The position numbers were made by a program, and so were the translations under genes. From Planctomycetota bacterium (GTDB lineage Bacteria; Planctomycetota; Phycisphaerae; Phycisphaerales; Phycisphaeraceae), in assembly GCA_024276075.1 (NCBI GenBank), contig JAJRXX010000005.1:18664-82663 (forward strand): a DNA stretch of 64,000 bases, written 5' to 3'. Every line of letters begins with the position of its first letter. The first letter of the stretch is position 1. The notes under the pieces are model-generated. The model was not told the origin of the DNA and searched no databases. It was given only the letters and a program-made list of their open reading frames with translations. Positions 28,497 to 37,907 of the stretch are shown here, piece after piece.

Positions 28497-29546
28497 CTAT
28501 TGACACAAGTCCCAAGCCATGGGCGTGCCTCTTTTGACTTCACGAGTCGCTTTCTTGCCCAGGATTTGGTGCAGGTGCTTGGGGGGCAGCCCGTAACCAG
28601 GGCGTATCGAGCGGAGATTCTCCTCGGTAAAGGTTTCTCCAGCGAGCACGTCCTGCACGACGAACAATGACCTGCGAAAGACCCTGCTTGGCTCTTCTTG
28701 CTGCGACGGGCTTAGCTCGGTTGTGCCGAGTGCTTTTTCGGTTTCACGGACGGCTTGGACCATGTCCTTGAATTCGCCCGGTTCAAGGGAAAATGGCGAA
28801 TCGGGTCCAGGGTCGTCACGGGACAGGGTCAAATGCTTTTCAATGATGCTCCCGCCTAATGCGACGGACGCAATCGCCGCGGCCAGGCCCATGGTGTGAT
28901 CCGATAAGCCCGCGACGGCGTCAAACCGCTCAGCGAGATACGGAATCGCGTGGAGGTTCATCGATCGCGGGTCAGCGGGGTAGGCACTGGTGCACTTGAG
29001 CAGCGCAAGGTGGGGACAGCCCGACTGGCGCAGCGCGTCGACAGCTTCTTGGACCTCTTGTTCGTCGGCCATCCCGGTAGAAAGAATGACGGGCTTCTTG
29101 GTCTGCCCGATCAACCGCAACAGAGACACATCGACGAGCTCAAAGGACGCCACCTTGTAAGCGGGCACGTTTAGCCCCTCTAAGAACGCCACTGCGGAAG
29201 CATCGAAAGGGGTCGAAAAGCAGTCGATGCCGATGTCTCGTGCGAGGTCCATCAGCTTTGGCTGCCACTGCCAAGGGGTATATGCCTCGCTGTATAACTG
29301 GTATAGATTCTTGCCCTCCCAGATGGTGCCCTTGCCTATTCGGAAGTGCTCATTGTCACAATCGATGGTCATGGTATCGGGCGTGTAGGTTTGTAGTTTG
29401 ACAGCATCGGCGCCGGCGTCCTTGGCGGCGTGGACGAGCTGCACAGCTTGCTCGAAGTCCTGGTGATGGTTAGCAGATAGCTCGGCGATGATGTAAACGG
29501 GTTGACCTTGCCCGATTAAGCGTTGGTTAATTGAAAAAGGGGACAT
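28497..29546 (-). CDS. pseI: pseudaminic acid synthase, PseI
   Basis: YIIAELSANHHQDFEQA, DAVKLQTY, canonical NeuB-family length with a C-terminal SAF domain. Start at ATG 29546 (MSPFSIN). Confidence 0.9.
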   Translation of the reverse strand: MSPFSINQRLIGQGQPVYIIAELSANHHQDFEQAVQLVHAAKDAGADAVKLQTYTPDTMTIDCDNEHFRIGKGTIWEGKNLYQLYSEAYTPWQWQPKLMDLARDIGIDCFSTPFDASAVAFLEGLNVPAYKVASFELVDVSLLRLIGQTKKPVILSTGMADEQEVQEAVDALRQSGCPHLALLKCTSAYPADPRSMNLHAIPYLAERFDAVAGLSDHTMGLAAAIASVALGGSIIEKHLTLSRDDPGPDSPFSLEPGEFKDMVQAVRETEKALGTTELSPSQQEEPSRVFRRSLFVVQDVLAGETFTEENLRSIRPGYGLPPKHLHQILGKKATREVKRGTPMAWDLCQ

Positions 29547-29647
29547 GATGGCGATTCCCTGCAAGGGGCGTTAGGTGCACAACGGGCTATAACCGAGGGG
29601 GGGGCTGCACGCTATGTTAAGGGTAACGGCCACGCGTCAGATGATTG

Positions 29648-30328
29648 CTACCGCACCTGACGCACAACGGTGAACGCCTCGGCCGCCTCTACACCCGCCT
29701 GTGACCCGCGCCACGCTGCCAGCGATCGCAGCGATTCGGGTGAACGGGGGTGCGGGGACGGTCGTGATTCGGATTCATAGGTTTGCATAGCCTGAATTTT
29801 TACGTCCAGTGTCTGGGTGATATCCACAAACCGCTGGGGCGCAAAAGCAGGTGCGAATTGTCCAAAAGACCATTCAGTGGATGACGCGACTTCGTAGCTG
29901 TAGACCGATTTGACGGTGCCCCCTGCTGTAGGACGTGTGGCGGTGAGCGTGGCACGGAAGGTCGCTACATGGTCGACATTCAGGTCTCCCCCGTGCTGGG
30001 TGTAGACCGTGTCAGGCCCGAGACGATCAATCAACGATTCGATTTCCTTGACGATATCGAGCAACGCAACGGTATCGAAACGGTTGTCGGGCAGTTGGTG
30101 CATGAAAAGGTCGGCTGCACCTAAAAGCTTTGCCGCCTGATGTGCGTGTTCGTGGAGTTTTTTGAGTTGAGGCTGATGAGATTGATCGGGCGCAGCTGCG
30201 CGAGACGTGATGCCTTCGCCGAGGATGGCGATGTAGACTGCGGTGCCCTGCTGCGCCAAACGGGCGATGGTACCCCCGCAGCCTAGGACTTCGTCATCGG
30301 GGTGTGAAGCGATCACGAGGACACTCAT
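29648..30328 (-). CDS. PIG-L/LmbE-family N-deacetylase
   Basis: VLVIASHPDDEVLGCGGTIA motif. ATGA 4-nt overlap with the upstream formyltransferase-like gene. Confidence 0.85.
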   Translation of the reverse strand: MSVLVIASHPDDEVLGCGGTIARLAQQGTAVYIAILGEGITSRAAAPDQSHQPQLKKLHEHAHQAAKLLGAADLFMHQLPDNRFDTVALLDIVKEIESLIDRLGPDTVYTQHGGDLNVDHVATFRATLTATRPTAGGTVKSVYSYEVASSTEWSFGQFAPAFAPQRFVDITQTLDVKIQAMQTYESESRPSPHPRSPESLRSLAAWRGSQAGVEAAEAFTVVRQVR

Positions 30329-31056
30329 GGTTTCTGATCCTTGATGGGCTCGATGGTGACGTCAGCGTGGATTTTACTGCCATCGAGTGCTGCGTTTTGA
30401 AACGTGAAACGGTAGCCGTGGTGCTCGAAGTAGGCGTGGGGATAGGTCTCAGCGTCGAGCATACGGATAAAATCATAGAGCGATTCGGGCGATCCCGTAT
30501 CGGCGATGCGGCTGTCGGCGGGGGTTCGCCGTGAAAAGTGCGTGGGCGGGCCCTCTTGCGGGGTCGGGGTCGGGTGTGTGTCGATGATCTTGCGGATCAT
30601 CTGGGCGGCGGTCTCGGTGGCACGCTTGTAAATATCCTCTGCTCGACCCGCCAGCGACAGAGGCGATTTTGCATAAATAGGGCCTGCATCCATTTCTTCG
30701 ACCATCCTGAGAGCTGAGAGCATGGTCTGCTTGTGCCCGCGAAGGATCAGGTTCTGAAGCGGGCTGCCCCCTCGACCAAAGGGCAGGTCGGTCATGTGGA
30801 AACAGACACACTCGTAGGCATCGACGAGGTGCTGCTCGACCCGCCAAGACCAGTGCAAAAAGAACAAGTAGCGCGGGTGGATCGAATCAACATAATCGTG
30901 GGTGAGCGTGACGGGATCATCGGCGTAGTGCCATCGGCCTGGGAAGGCCCTGATGGTGCTCTCGAAGATTTCCCTGCACCAGGGTTTGCAGCCAGCCACG
31001 ATGTACGCGGGGTCAGTCATTTCGTCAGGGTCGCTGTACGGCGTGTTCAGGATCAA
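30325..31056 (-). CDS. formyltransferase-fold protein (Fmt-like, Pse-cluster associated)
   Basis: FHMTDLPFGRGGSPLQNLI matches the HxSLLPxxRG..P region; MVEEMDAGPIYA. TTG start at 31056 or ATG at 31020. Confidence 0.65.
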   Translation of the reverse strand: MILNTPYSDPDEMTDPAYIVAGCKPWCREIFESTIRAFPGRWHYADDPVTLTHDYVDSIHPRYLFFLHWSWRVEQHLVDAYECVCFHMTDLPFGRGGSPLQNLILRGHKQTMLSALRMVEEMDAGPIYAKSPLSLAGRAEDIYKRATETAAQMIRKIIDTHPTPTPQEGPPTHFSRRTPADSRIADTGSPESLYDFIRMLDAETYPHAYFEHHGYRFTFQNAALDGSKIHADVTIEPIKDQKP

Positions 31057-31092
31057 TCGTGGTATTTTACTTGATGGGCAAGCGACATTTTT

Positions 31093-32598
31093 TCAGAGCC
31101 GGGCGGGGCGAAATACGTAACGTTTGGCTGGCACCCCGTTGACCTGGAGGTCCTGGTCGAATCGAAACCCTGATCGGCGAAAAGCATTCAAGGAAGCGGT
31201 GTTTGCGGGTTTGATCAGAGCATAGACGCCACAAGGGTGGGCGTCGGTAAGGAATTGGCACAGGGCTTTGCGGATCATGGCGCCGCCGACGCCTCGGCCT
31301 CGCAGGTCTTGGCGAATGTTGATCGTCACAAACGTCTGGCCTGATTGAACGTCGAACCTGACTTGGCCCAACGGGTCGTGATCCTGATCCTCACAGATGT
31401 AAAAGAAGCAGTCAGGATCGTTTAGGCGGCGCTGATACCAGGCCACGTGATCGTCCCAAACAATGGGGTCGGTGGAAAAGGCGTTTTGACGAACCGTGCG
31501 GTCATTCGACCATTGGTATACCCGTTTCACATCGTCAGACGCCGCGCGCCTGATACGCATCGACGCACAGAGCATCTCATCAAGCACGCGATTGGCTCCC
31601 AAGCCGTCGATCATCTCGCGGCCTTTACGACTCATGGCGGCGCATGCGGCGGGGTCGCGAATAAGTCGTGCGAGCTGTTGTGCGCAAACGTGGGTATCGA
31701 GCTCATAATGCCACCCCAGCGACACAGCTTGACCCCGGTCGTGCAGCCCCGCGGCGATGGGCTGTTGGTTGTCTGCTATCACGACGACAAGGTGCGGCAC
31801 ACCCATGTAGGCGAGCTCCCAGCAGGTGCCCCCCGCCGCTGATACCGCTACATGGGCCCAGTGCATCAGATCGGGCATCGACGAGGGATTGTGTATGAGC
31901 TGAACATCGTGCGGGCAGGACTCGACAGCGTGCTGAAAATCGTCGTCGTGAGACTGTGCCAAGCCGACCACAACCTTGATTTCAAGCGGTGCGCCTTGAA
32001 GTGACGCCGCCGCGTGGATGATCTTTGTGAGCACTTGATGATGGGTCGCACCGCCGAGCGTGACGAGCAGGTGAAATTCCTTTGACGCGGGCTGATTACT
32101 GGCCCCTTGGCACTGACGAAACTCGCGTCGGATCATGGCGTATTGAGAGCCCAATAGAAACACAGTCTCCCCAGGCGGATCGGGGTACATAGCAAGGTCA
32201 GCGTAGATGTTCTGATTAACCACGATATCCACGTGCTCGATGGGGGCGTGGGCGTAGTCGTCGATCCAGACGATCTTGTAGCCGTGCTGCTTCAGGGCTA
32301 ATTGGTAATCCTCCTGGAAGGCGTACCCATCGACGACGACCCAGTGCGCGCCTAGGTTTTGAGCGATCCGCGAAAGGTGCTGGGCATCTTGGATTGACCC
32401 AGACGCGCCTTGGGCGTGGTGGATGGGTATACCGCTTTCCCGCAAGCGATGTTCGAGAGCCTCGAATCCGGACCCAGTAACGAAGACCGCTTGCCCACCA
32501 CGGCCCTGCCACGCCTGCGCCAGGGCCAGGCAACGCATCGCGTGACCAGCTCCGATCTGTTGATTCGCGTCGGCACGGATGAGCAGCGGCTGAGTCAA
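31093..32598 (-). CDS. pseG-pseH: fused PseG (UDP-2,4-diacetamido-2,4,6-trideoxy-beta-L-altropyranose hydrolase) and PseH (GNAT N-acetyltransferase)
   Basis: N-terminus LLIRADANQQIGAGHAMRCLALAQAW (PseG signature). C-terminal GNAT region QVRFDV...IRQDLRGRGVGGAMIRKAL. TTG start. Confidence 0.85.
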   Translation of the reverse strand: MTQPLLIRADANQQIGAGHAMRCLALAQAWQGRGGQAVFVTGSGFEALEHRLRESGIPIHHAQGASGSIQDAQHLSRIAQNLGAHWVVVDGYAFQEDYQLALKQHGYKIVWIDDYAHAPIEHVDIVVNQNIYADLAMYPDPPGETVFLLGSQYAMIRREFRQCQGASNQPASKEFHLLVTLGGATHHQVLTKIIHAAASLQGAPLEIKVVVGLAQSHDDDFQHAVESCPHDVQLIHNPSSMPDLMHWAHVAVSAAGGTCWELAYMGVPHLVVVIADNQQPIAAGLHDRGQAVSLGWHYELDTHVCAQQLARLIRDPAACAAMSRKGREMIDGLGANRVLDEMLCASMRIRRAASDDVKRVYQWSNDRTVRQNAFSTDPIVWDDHVAWYQRRLNDPDCFFYICEDQDHDPLGQVRFDVQSGQTFVTINIRQDLRGRGVGGAMIRKALCQFLTDAHPCGVYALIKPANTASLNAFRRSGFRFDQDLQVNGVPAKRYVFRPARL

Positions 32599-32738
32599 CG
32601 GTATTCCCTATAATCCACACACGGTTGCCGCAAGGTTAAACGGTATCTTATGGACGACAGCATCATCATGGGGTATCGATCAACGATGCGGGCACGGTTT
32701 CGTGTGAACAGCTTGCGGGGGATACAGGGTACATCGAG

Positions 32739-33434
32739 ATGAACATCGCGATCATACTTGCCCGGGGCGGTAGCAAACGCATACCCAGGAAGAATATAAA
32801 GCTGTTCTCGGGTAGGCCCATCATCGAATACCCGATCATGACAGCGAAACGCAGCGGCCTATTCGATCGGGTCATCGTCTCAACGGATGACACCGAGATC
32901 GCTCAGGTAGCTGCTGCTGCCGGTGCGGAGGTCCCGTTCGAGCGTCCCGCGGCATTGGCGGATGATTATACGCCCACAGCAGACGTCGTTGCCCACGCAA
33001 TCAAGACCCTCAACAAGGCCGGCCCGACGATCAAACATGCCTGCTGTATCTACGCGACGACCCCTTTCTTAAAAGAACAGTATCTTCGAGAAGGGTTCCA
33101 GACCCTCACAACCACCGATGCGGGCTGTGTCTTTTCCGTGACCACTTTTGACTTCCCGATATACCGTGCGTTGAAAATCGATAGCGAGGGACAAGTCGGC
33201 ATGGTTTGGCCCGAGCACGAACTGACGCGATCGAATGACCTATCGGCTGCGTACCACGACGCGGGGCAGTTTTACTGGGTGAAGGCATCGACGTTTTTGC
33301 AAACACCTCGGCTATACAGCCCGGGGGCACGAGCGGTGATCATCCCGCGTTACCTCGCTCAGGACATCGACACACCCGAAGACTGGGAAACAGCCCAAAG
33401 GCTGTACGCCGCCAATCAATGCGTAGATTCGTAG
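32739..33434 (+). CDS. pseF: pseudaminic acid cytidylyltransferase, PseF
   Basis: NIAIILARGGSKRIPRKNIKLFSGRPII, CMP-sugar synthetase (NeuA/PseF) fold, 231 aa. Confidence 0.9.
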   Translation: MNIAIILARGGSKRIPRKNIKLFSGRPIIEYPIMTAKRSGLFDRVIVSTDDTEIAQVAAAAGAEVPFERPAALADDYTPTADVVAHAIKTLNKAGPTIKHACCIYATTPFLKEQYLREGFQTLTTTDAGCVFSVTTFDFPIYRALKIDSEGQVGMVWPEHELTRSNDLSAAYHDAGQFYWVKASTFLQTPRLYSPGARAVIIPRYLAQDIDTPEDWETAQRLYAANQCVDS

Positions 33435-33648
33435 CCCTACGTTTCTGCAGGCGTTAGGTGGAAACAAGTCTAGACAACGGAACTGGCGTTTGCGGCAAGT
33501 TCGCCCCCGGGTAACACTCGATGGGGTTGACGATTACGTGCTGACCAACCGCTTGTTTAAGGCGCTTTACCCCACCGATTTGGCCTTTACCTGCGCTGAC
33601 ATGTCATGTATCGACGCCAACACCCCGATCGACTCAAGATCAACGCCC

Positions 33649-34656
33649 ATGTACAACAGCGTGGTTATGAATCAAGCAAACCCCATGCGGGCGATCGTCA
33701 TTGGGCTGGGTCGCATCGGCCTGCTCTACGACGCCCAGCTTGACCCCGATAGCGATTGGGTCTTGACGCACACCCGTGCGTGCATGACACATCCAAGCAT
33801 TTATTTAGTAGGTGGCGTGGACCCGGACGCCCAGCGGCGCGAAACGTTCAGCCGAGTGACGGGGCAAACGGCGTTCGCTTCGGTCGCACAAGCCGTCTCG
33901 TCGGTCAAGGAGGCAGACATCGTCATCATCGCAACCCCCACGGGACTTCGTGAGATGGTCATTGCGTCGTGTTGGCAGTTGAATCCGAAACTAGTGCTGA
34001 TAGAAAAACCCCTCGCCACGACACTCGAAGAAGCCCAGCGAATTGTTCAGGCATGCGAAGAGAAAAACGTACAATTAGCGGTCAATTATCAGCGTCGGTT
34101 TGATCCAGCGTTCCAAGAGCTAAGGCAGTTTTTGCGGGAGGGGCAAATCGGCCAACTGTGTGGTGGATACTGCTATTACACTGGTGACGCCTTAAATCAC
34201 GCTTCACACTTCGTTGACTTGATGATCTATCTAATAGGAAAACCGCTTAGCGTTGAATGTATCCCGGGGCACAGCAGCGAATACGGACATTCTTTCCTGT
34301 GTCGGTATGAACGTGCCAGCATCTATTTCATCCCCCTCGACACAGAATACGGCATGGCGGAAATGGATTTATTGTTTGAACACACGAGGGTTCGGCTGGA
34401 GAATTACAGCAGAAATATCCAGGTATACCGCCCCGAAGAAGACTCCATCTTTGCAGGCCACCAGCGACTAGGGCCTAACCAAGACGTATTGACGATACCG
34501 GATAGCACGCGGTATCAATACCAGGTAATCGACGGCCTGCTAAAAAATATGGCACGATCAGAACAGCCCGTATCTAATGGAGTAACCGCAATGGCGACAT
34601 TGGCGTGTTGCCTGAAAGGGACCCATGCCACGCAGGGTGTTTATTGTCAGCCATGA
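33649..34656 (+). CDS. Gfo/Idh/MocA-family oxidoreductase
   Basis: MRAIVIGLGRIGLLYD Rossmann region, VIIATPT, VLIEKPLA. The track ORF begins at TTG 33490; ATG 33649 or 33667 is more plausible. Confidence 0.7.
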   Translation: MYNSVVMNQANPMRAIVIGLGRIGLLYDAQLDPDSDWVLTHTRACMTHPSIYLVGGVDPDAQRRETFSRVTGQTAFASVAQAVSSVKEADIVIIATPTGLREMVIASCWQLNPKLVLIEKPLATTLEEAQRIVQACEEKNVQLAVNYQRRFDPAFQELRQFLREGQIGQLCGGYCYYTGDALNHASHFVDLMIYLIGKPLSVECIPGHSSEYGHSFLCRYERASIYFIPLDTEYGMAEMDLLFEHTRVRLENYSRNIQVYRPEEDSIFAGHQRLGPNQDVLTIPDSTRYQYQVIDGLLKNMARSEQPVSNGVTAMATLACCLKGTHATQGVYCQP

Positions 34657-35566
34657 CGCGGGTGGTGCCGAGATTCTCTCCGCCTGGTGTAAAACGCATG
34701 CTGACCGGTACGACATGACAGTATGTGTAGACGGTCCCGCCAGGGTTATTTTTGAGCGTGACCACCCCGACGCTAAGCACGCAAGCCTTCAAGACATCTT
34801 GTTGCTCAACCGGGACGACCTCGTCTTAACAGGTACTAGCCTGCGATCAGACCACGAACGCCAGGCCATTCGACTGGCCCGTCAATGCCGTGTTCCTAGC
34901 GCCAGTTTCCTGGATCATTGGGTCAATTACCGTCGGCGTTTTGGCTCGGCTGACGATTGGCGCGACGGCCTGCCCGACGAGATTTGGATCGGCGATGCGT
35001 TCGGCGTCGAATACGCCCGGTCAGAAGGGTTCCCCGCGTAACGAATCAGAGAGGTGGCGAACCCCTACTTCGAAAAAGTACGCCACAGTGCCCGAAACCG
35101 TAACAGTGGCTTCGCAGTTGACGGCAAGGTATCAATATTATTTATCGGCGAGCCGTTTAATCACACGCTTCGAGCCAAATTCGGTGAGCAATGGACCGAC
35201 TACGATGATGAGAATAAAAATCTAAATGGTTTTTTTTGCGCAACGGACCGATTTCGAGATCGTGTCCACCGCGTCACGCTGCGTCCACATCCGTCGGAAG
35301 ACCCGTGCAAATACATCGACGCTGCCAGGCCGTTTCATGAACGACTGCCAATCATGCAATCCAATAAACCCTTGTTTGACGACATTGCTCAGCACGACGC
35401 GGTCGTGGGGATCGAGAGTATGGCGTTGGTCGTGGCTACGATCATGCGCAAACCCGCATTTAGCTGCGTCACGGGTCGGCCCTGGAAGATATCGCTGCCC
35501 CACCGCGAGATTGTGCACATCAGTGATTACGATACAGTATTTGAACGGGTGCTTAGCAATGACTAG
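34625..35566 (+). pseudogene. GT-B-like/capsule-biosynthesis-like gene interrupted by one in-frame TAA
   Basis: Track ORFs 34625..35041 and 35054..35566 are in the same frame and separated only by TAA at 35039-35041: ...ARSEGFPA*RIREVANPYFEKV.... The sequence reads as one protein of about 313 aa. Confidence 0.7.
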
Positions 35567-35582
35567 AACTGGTTTCATAACT

Positions 35583-35603
35583 CCCCTCCCTTTCAGGGAG
35601 GGG
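35583..35603 (+). repeat. G/C-rich 9-bp hairpin (cccctccct-ttc-agggagggg)
   Basis: Perfect inverted repeat read directly; sits between the split gene and the DegT gene. Confidence 0.7.
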
Positions 35604-35655
35604 CAGGGGGAGGGTAGAGTGTCCGTGATTAACGAGGCTTTCACCCCTCACCCAA

Positions 35656-35683
35656 CCTCTCCCCTCAAGGGGAGAGGGGTTTT
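35656..35683 (+). terminator. G/C-rich 9-bp hairpin followed by GGTTTT (terminator-like)
   Basis: cctctcccc-tcaa-ggggagagg then ggtttt; 24 nt upstream of the next start codon. Confidence 0.45.
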
Positions 35684-35706
35684 GAAACAGCTTCCAGGGG
35701 TATCCG

Positions 35707-37005
35707 ATGCGTCTTGCGATAGCGGGTGGCCAACCCGTGCGAACGAAAAAATTTCCCGCGTACCGGTTTATCGGCGACGAAGAAAAGCAAGCCGTCGCCA
35801 GGGTACTCGACTCGGGCGTGCTGTCGCGATACCTGGGCTGCTGGCACGACGACTTTTACGGCGGGCCCGAAGTTCAAGCCCTTGAGCGGCAATGGGCAGA
35901 CTATTTCGGCGTGAAGCACGCTGTGGCAGTGAACTCGTGCACGTCCGGGATTCAATGCGCTGTGGGCGCGATCGGCACGGAGCCTGGAGACGAGGTCGTC
36001 GTCAGCCCGTACAGCATGTGCATCTCAGCAACCGCGCCCCTGCTGTATGGAGCTGTCCCCGTCTTCGCCGATATTGAGGATGAGTATTTTTGTCTCGATC
36101 CTGATCGGGTTGAGGCCGCGATCACGTCACGGACCCGAGCAATCATTGCGGTAGACCTGTTTGGTCAGCCGTACGACGTCGAGGCGATCAACGCGATCGC
36201 AAAGCGACACGGGCTCTATGTGATCGAAGACGCCGCCCAAGCACCCGGCGCGACGTACCAAGGACAACACGCGGGCACGCTCGGTGATATCGGCGTCTTT
36301 TCGCTCAATTATCACAAACACATCCATTGCGGCGAGGGAGGCGTCGTAACGACGGACAGCGACGAGCTAGCGGAAAAGGTGCGCCTGATCCGCAACCACG
36401 CTGAAGCGGTCGTCCAAGGCAAGGGCCACAAAGACCTGACGAACATGCTGGGCTTCAACTTCCGCATGACCGAAATCGAAGCAGCTATCGCCAGTTGCCA
36501 GCTACGCAAGCTCAACAGCCTGATCGAGCGCCAACGAGCAAACTGCGACTACTTGGCCAACCGACTCGGGGAGATACCCGCCCTGACGCCGCAAAAAACA
36601 CGCCCCGGTGCGGAACACTCATATTATGTACACGCATTTAAGTTTGACGAACGCGTCGCGGGTGTGCCGCGGGATGCGTTCATCGACGCCGTGGCTGCAG
36701 AGCTTCCGGTTACAGAACTGCGTGAAGGGGAAGGCGTAAAAATTTGCAACGGATACGTCAAGCCTCTGTATCTTTTGCCGTTGTTCCAGGAGCGGATCGC
36801 GATAGGCTCTAAAGGCTACCCCTTTACTGGACCCGACCACACCAGCGAGGTGTGCTACGACCGTGGCATCTGCCCCGTGGTAGAACGGGTAGAGAGTAAA
36901 GAGCTTTTTGGCCACGAGCTGATGCGCCCGCCTGTCACGCAGGAAGACATGGACGACGTGGCAAATGCATTCGAAAAAGTCTGGACATTGCGCGACCAGC
37001 TTTGA
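35707..37005 (+). CDS. DegT/DnrJ/EryC1/StrS-family sugar aminotransferase (second in the island)
   Basis: GDEEKQAVARVLDSGVLSRY, AVNSCTSGIQCAV, SLNYHKHIHCGEGGVVTTD (PLP Lys), 432 aa. Confidence 0.85.
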   Translation: MRLAIAGGQPVRTKKFPAYRFIGDEEKQAVARVLDSGVLSRYLGCWHDDFYGGPEVQALERQWADYFGVKHAVAVNSCTSGIQCAVGAIGTEPGDEVVVSPYSMCISATAPLLYGAVPVFADIEDEYFCLDPDRVEAAITSRTRAIIAVDLFGQPYDVEAINAIAKRHGLYVIEDAAQAPGATYQGQHAGTLGDIGVFSLNYHKHIHCGEGGVVTTDSDELAEKVRLIRNHAEAVVQGKGHKDLTNMLGFNFRMTEIEAAIASCQLRKLNSLIERQRANCDYLANRLGEIPALTPQKTRPGAEHSYYVHAFKFDERVAGVPRDAFIDAVAAELPVTELREGEGVKICNGYVKPLYLLPLFQERIAIGSKGYPFTGPDHTSEVCYDRGICPVVERVESKELFGHELMRPPVTQEDMDDVANAFEKVWTLRDQL

Positions 37006-37077
37006 CGCCCCGTAGCGGGTATGGGTGTGAGACAAGACCACACGCGAGATGCTGTGCCACAGCAGGAATAAAAGATC

Positions 37078-37902
37078 GTGGGTGTAGACGCCATGGGTGA
37101 ACGAAGACTCTACGACGAACAAAACCGCCGGCTTGTCTATCTCGTTCAAAAAGCGACCCCCGACTATTGGGACCAGCTCTGGACCGACTCCCAACTCGTA
37201 AAACACCTCGAGGAGAGCACCGACCGCTGGCTATTAAAAATCACAAAAAAATTCCTGCCCAACACGTCGAGCCGAATCCTCGAAGGCGGCTGCGGCACCG
37301 GCGGGAAGGTCTACACGCTCCACCAAGCGGGATACACCGCGACGGGAATTGACTTTGCCCAGAAGACAATCGCTGCTGTGAAGCAAGCCGTGCCAGACTT
37401 GGACGTGCGCATCGGCGATGTAAGACACCTGGACTTTGCCGACGAATCTTTTGAAGGCTACTGGTCACTGGGTGTGATCGAACACTTTTGGGAGGGGTAT
37501 GGCAAAATCCTTTCGGAGATATACCGCGTCTTGACGCCGGAAGGGTATTTGTTTTTGACAGTGCCGCAGCTATCGCCTTGGCGACGATACCAGGCAGCGC
37601 GAGGCCGATACGCGATGTTTGAGCCCGGAGCCGACAACGGTGAGCCAAACGGGTTTTATCAGTTCGCCATCCCGCCACGAACCATCATCAGGGACCTTCG
37701 GGAAGCAGGGTTTTCTGTGTTGCGTCACCACGGGGTCGACGGACTGCGTGGCATCAAGAACGATGTGTGTGGGCTGGCCCCTTTCGTTGCCCCAATCGTG
37801 GAGCCGCGCACGCTAACCGCTAAAGTCTTGCGCAGAGGTCTGAATGTCGCTTGCTCTCCCGTCTTCGGGCACATCCGCCTCTACATTGCCCGCAAATCGT
37901 AA
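37078..37902 (+). CDS. class I SAM-dependent methyltransferase
   Basis: ILEGGCGTGGKVYTLHQAGYTATGIDFA (motif I and post-I), LTPEGYLFLTVP. GTG 37078 or ATG 37093. Confidence 0.8.
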   Translation: MGVDAMGERRLYDEQNRRLVYLVQKATPDYWDQLWTDSQLVKHLEESTDRWLLKITKKFLPNTSSRILEGGCGTGGKVYTLHQAGYTATGIDFAQKTIAAVKQAVPDLDVRIGDVRHLDFADESFEGYWSLGVIEHFWEGYGKILSEIYRVLTPEGYLFLTVPQLSPWRRYQAARGRYAMFEPGADNGEPNGFYQFAIPPRTIIRDLREAGFSVLRHHGVDGLRGIKNDVCGLAPFVAPIVEPRTLTAKVLRRGLNVACSPVFGHIRLYIARKS

Positions 37903-37907
37903 ACCTC

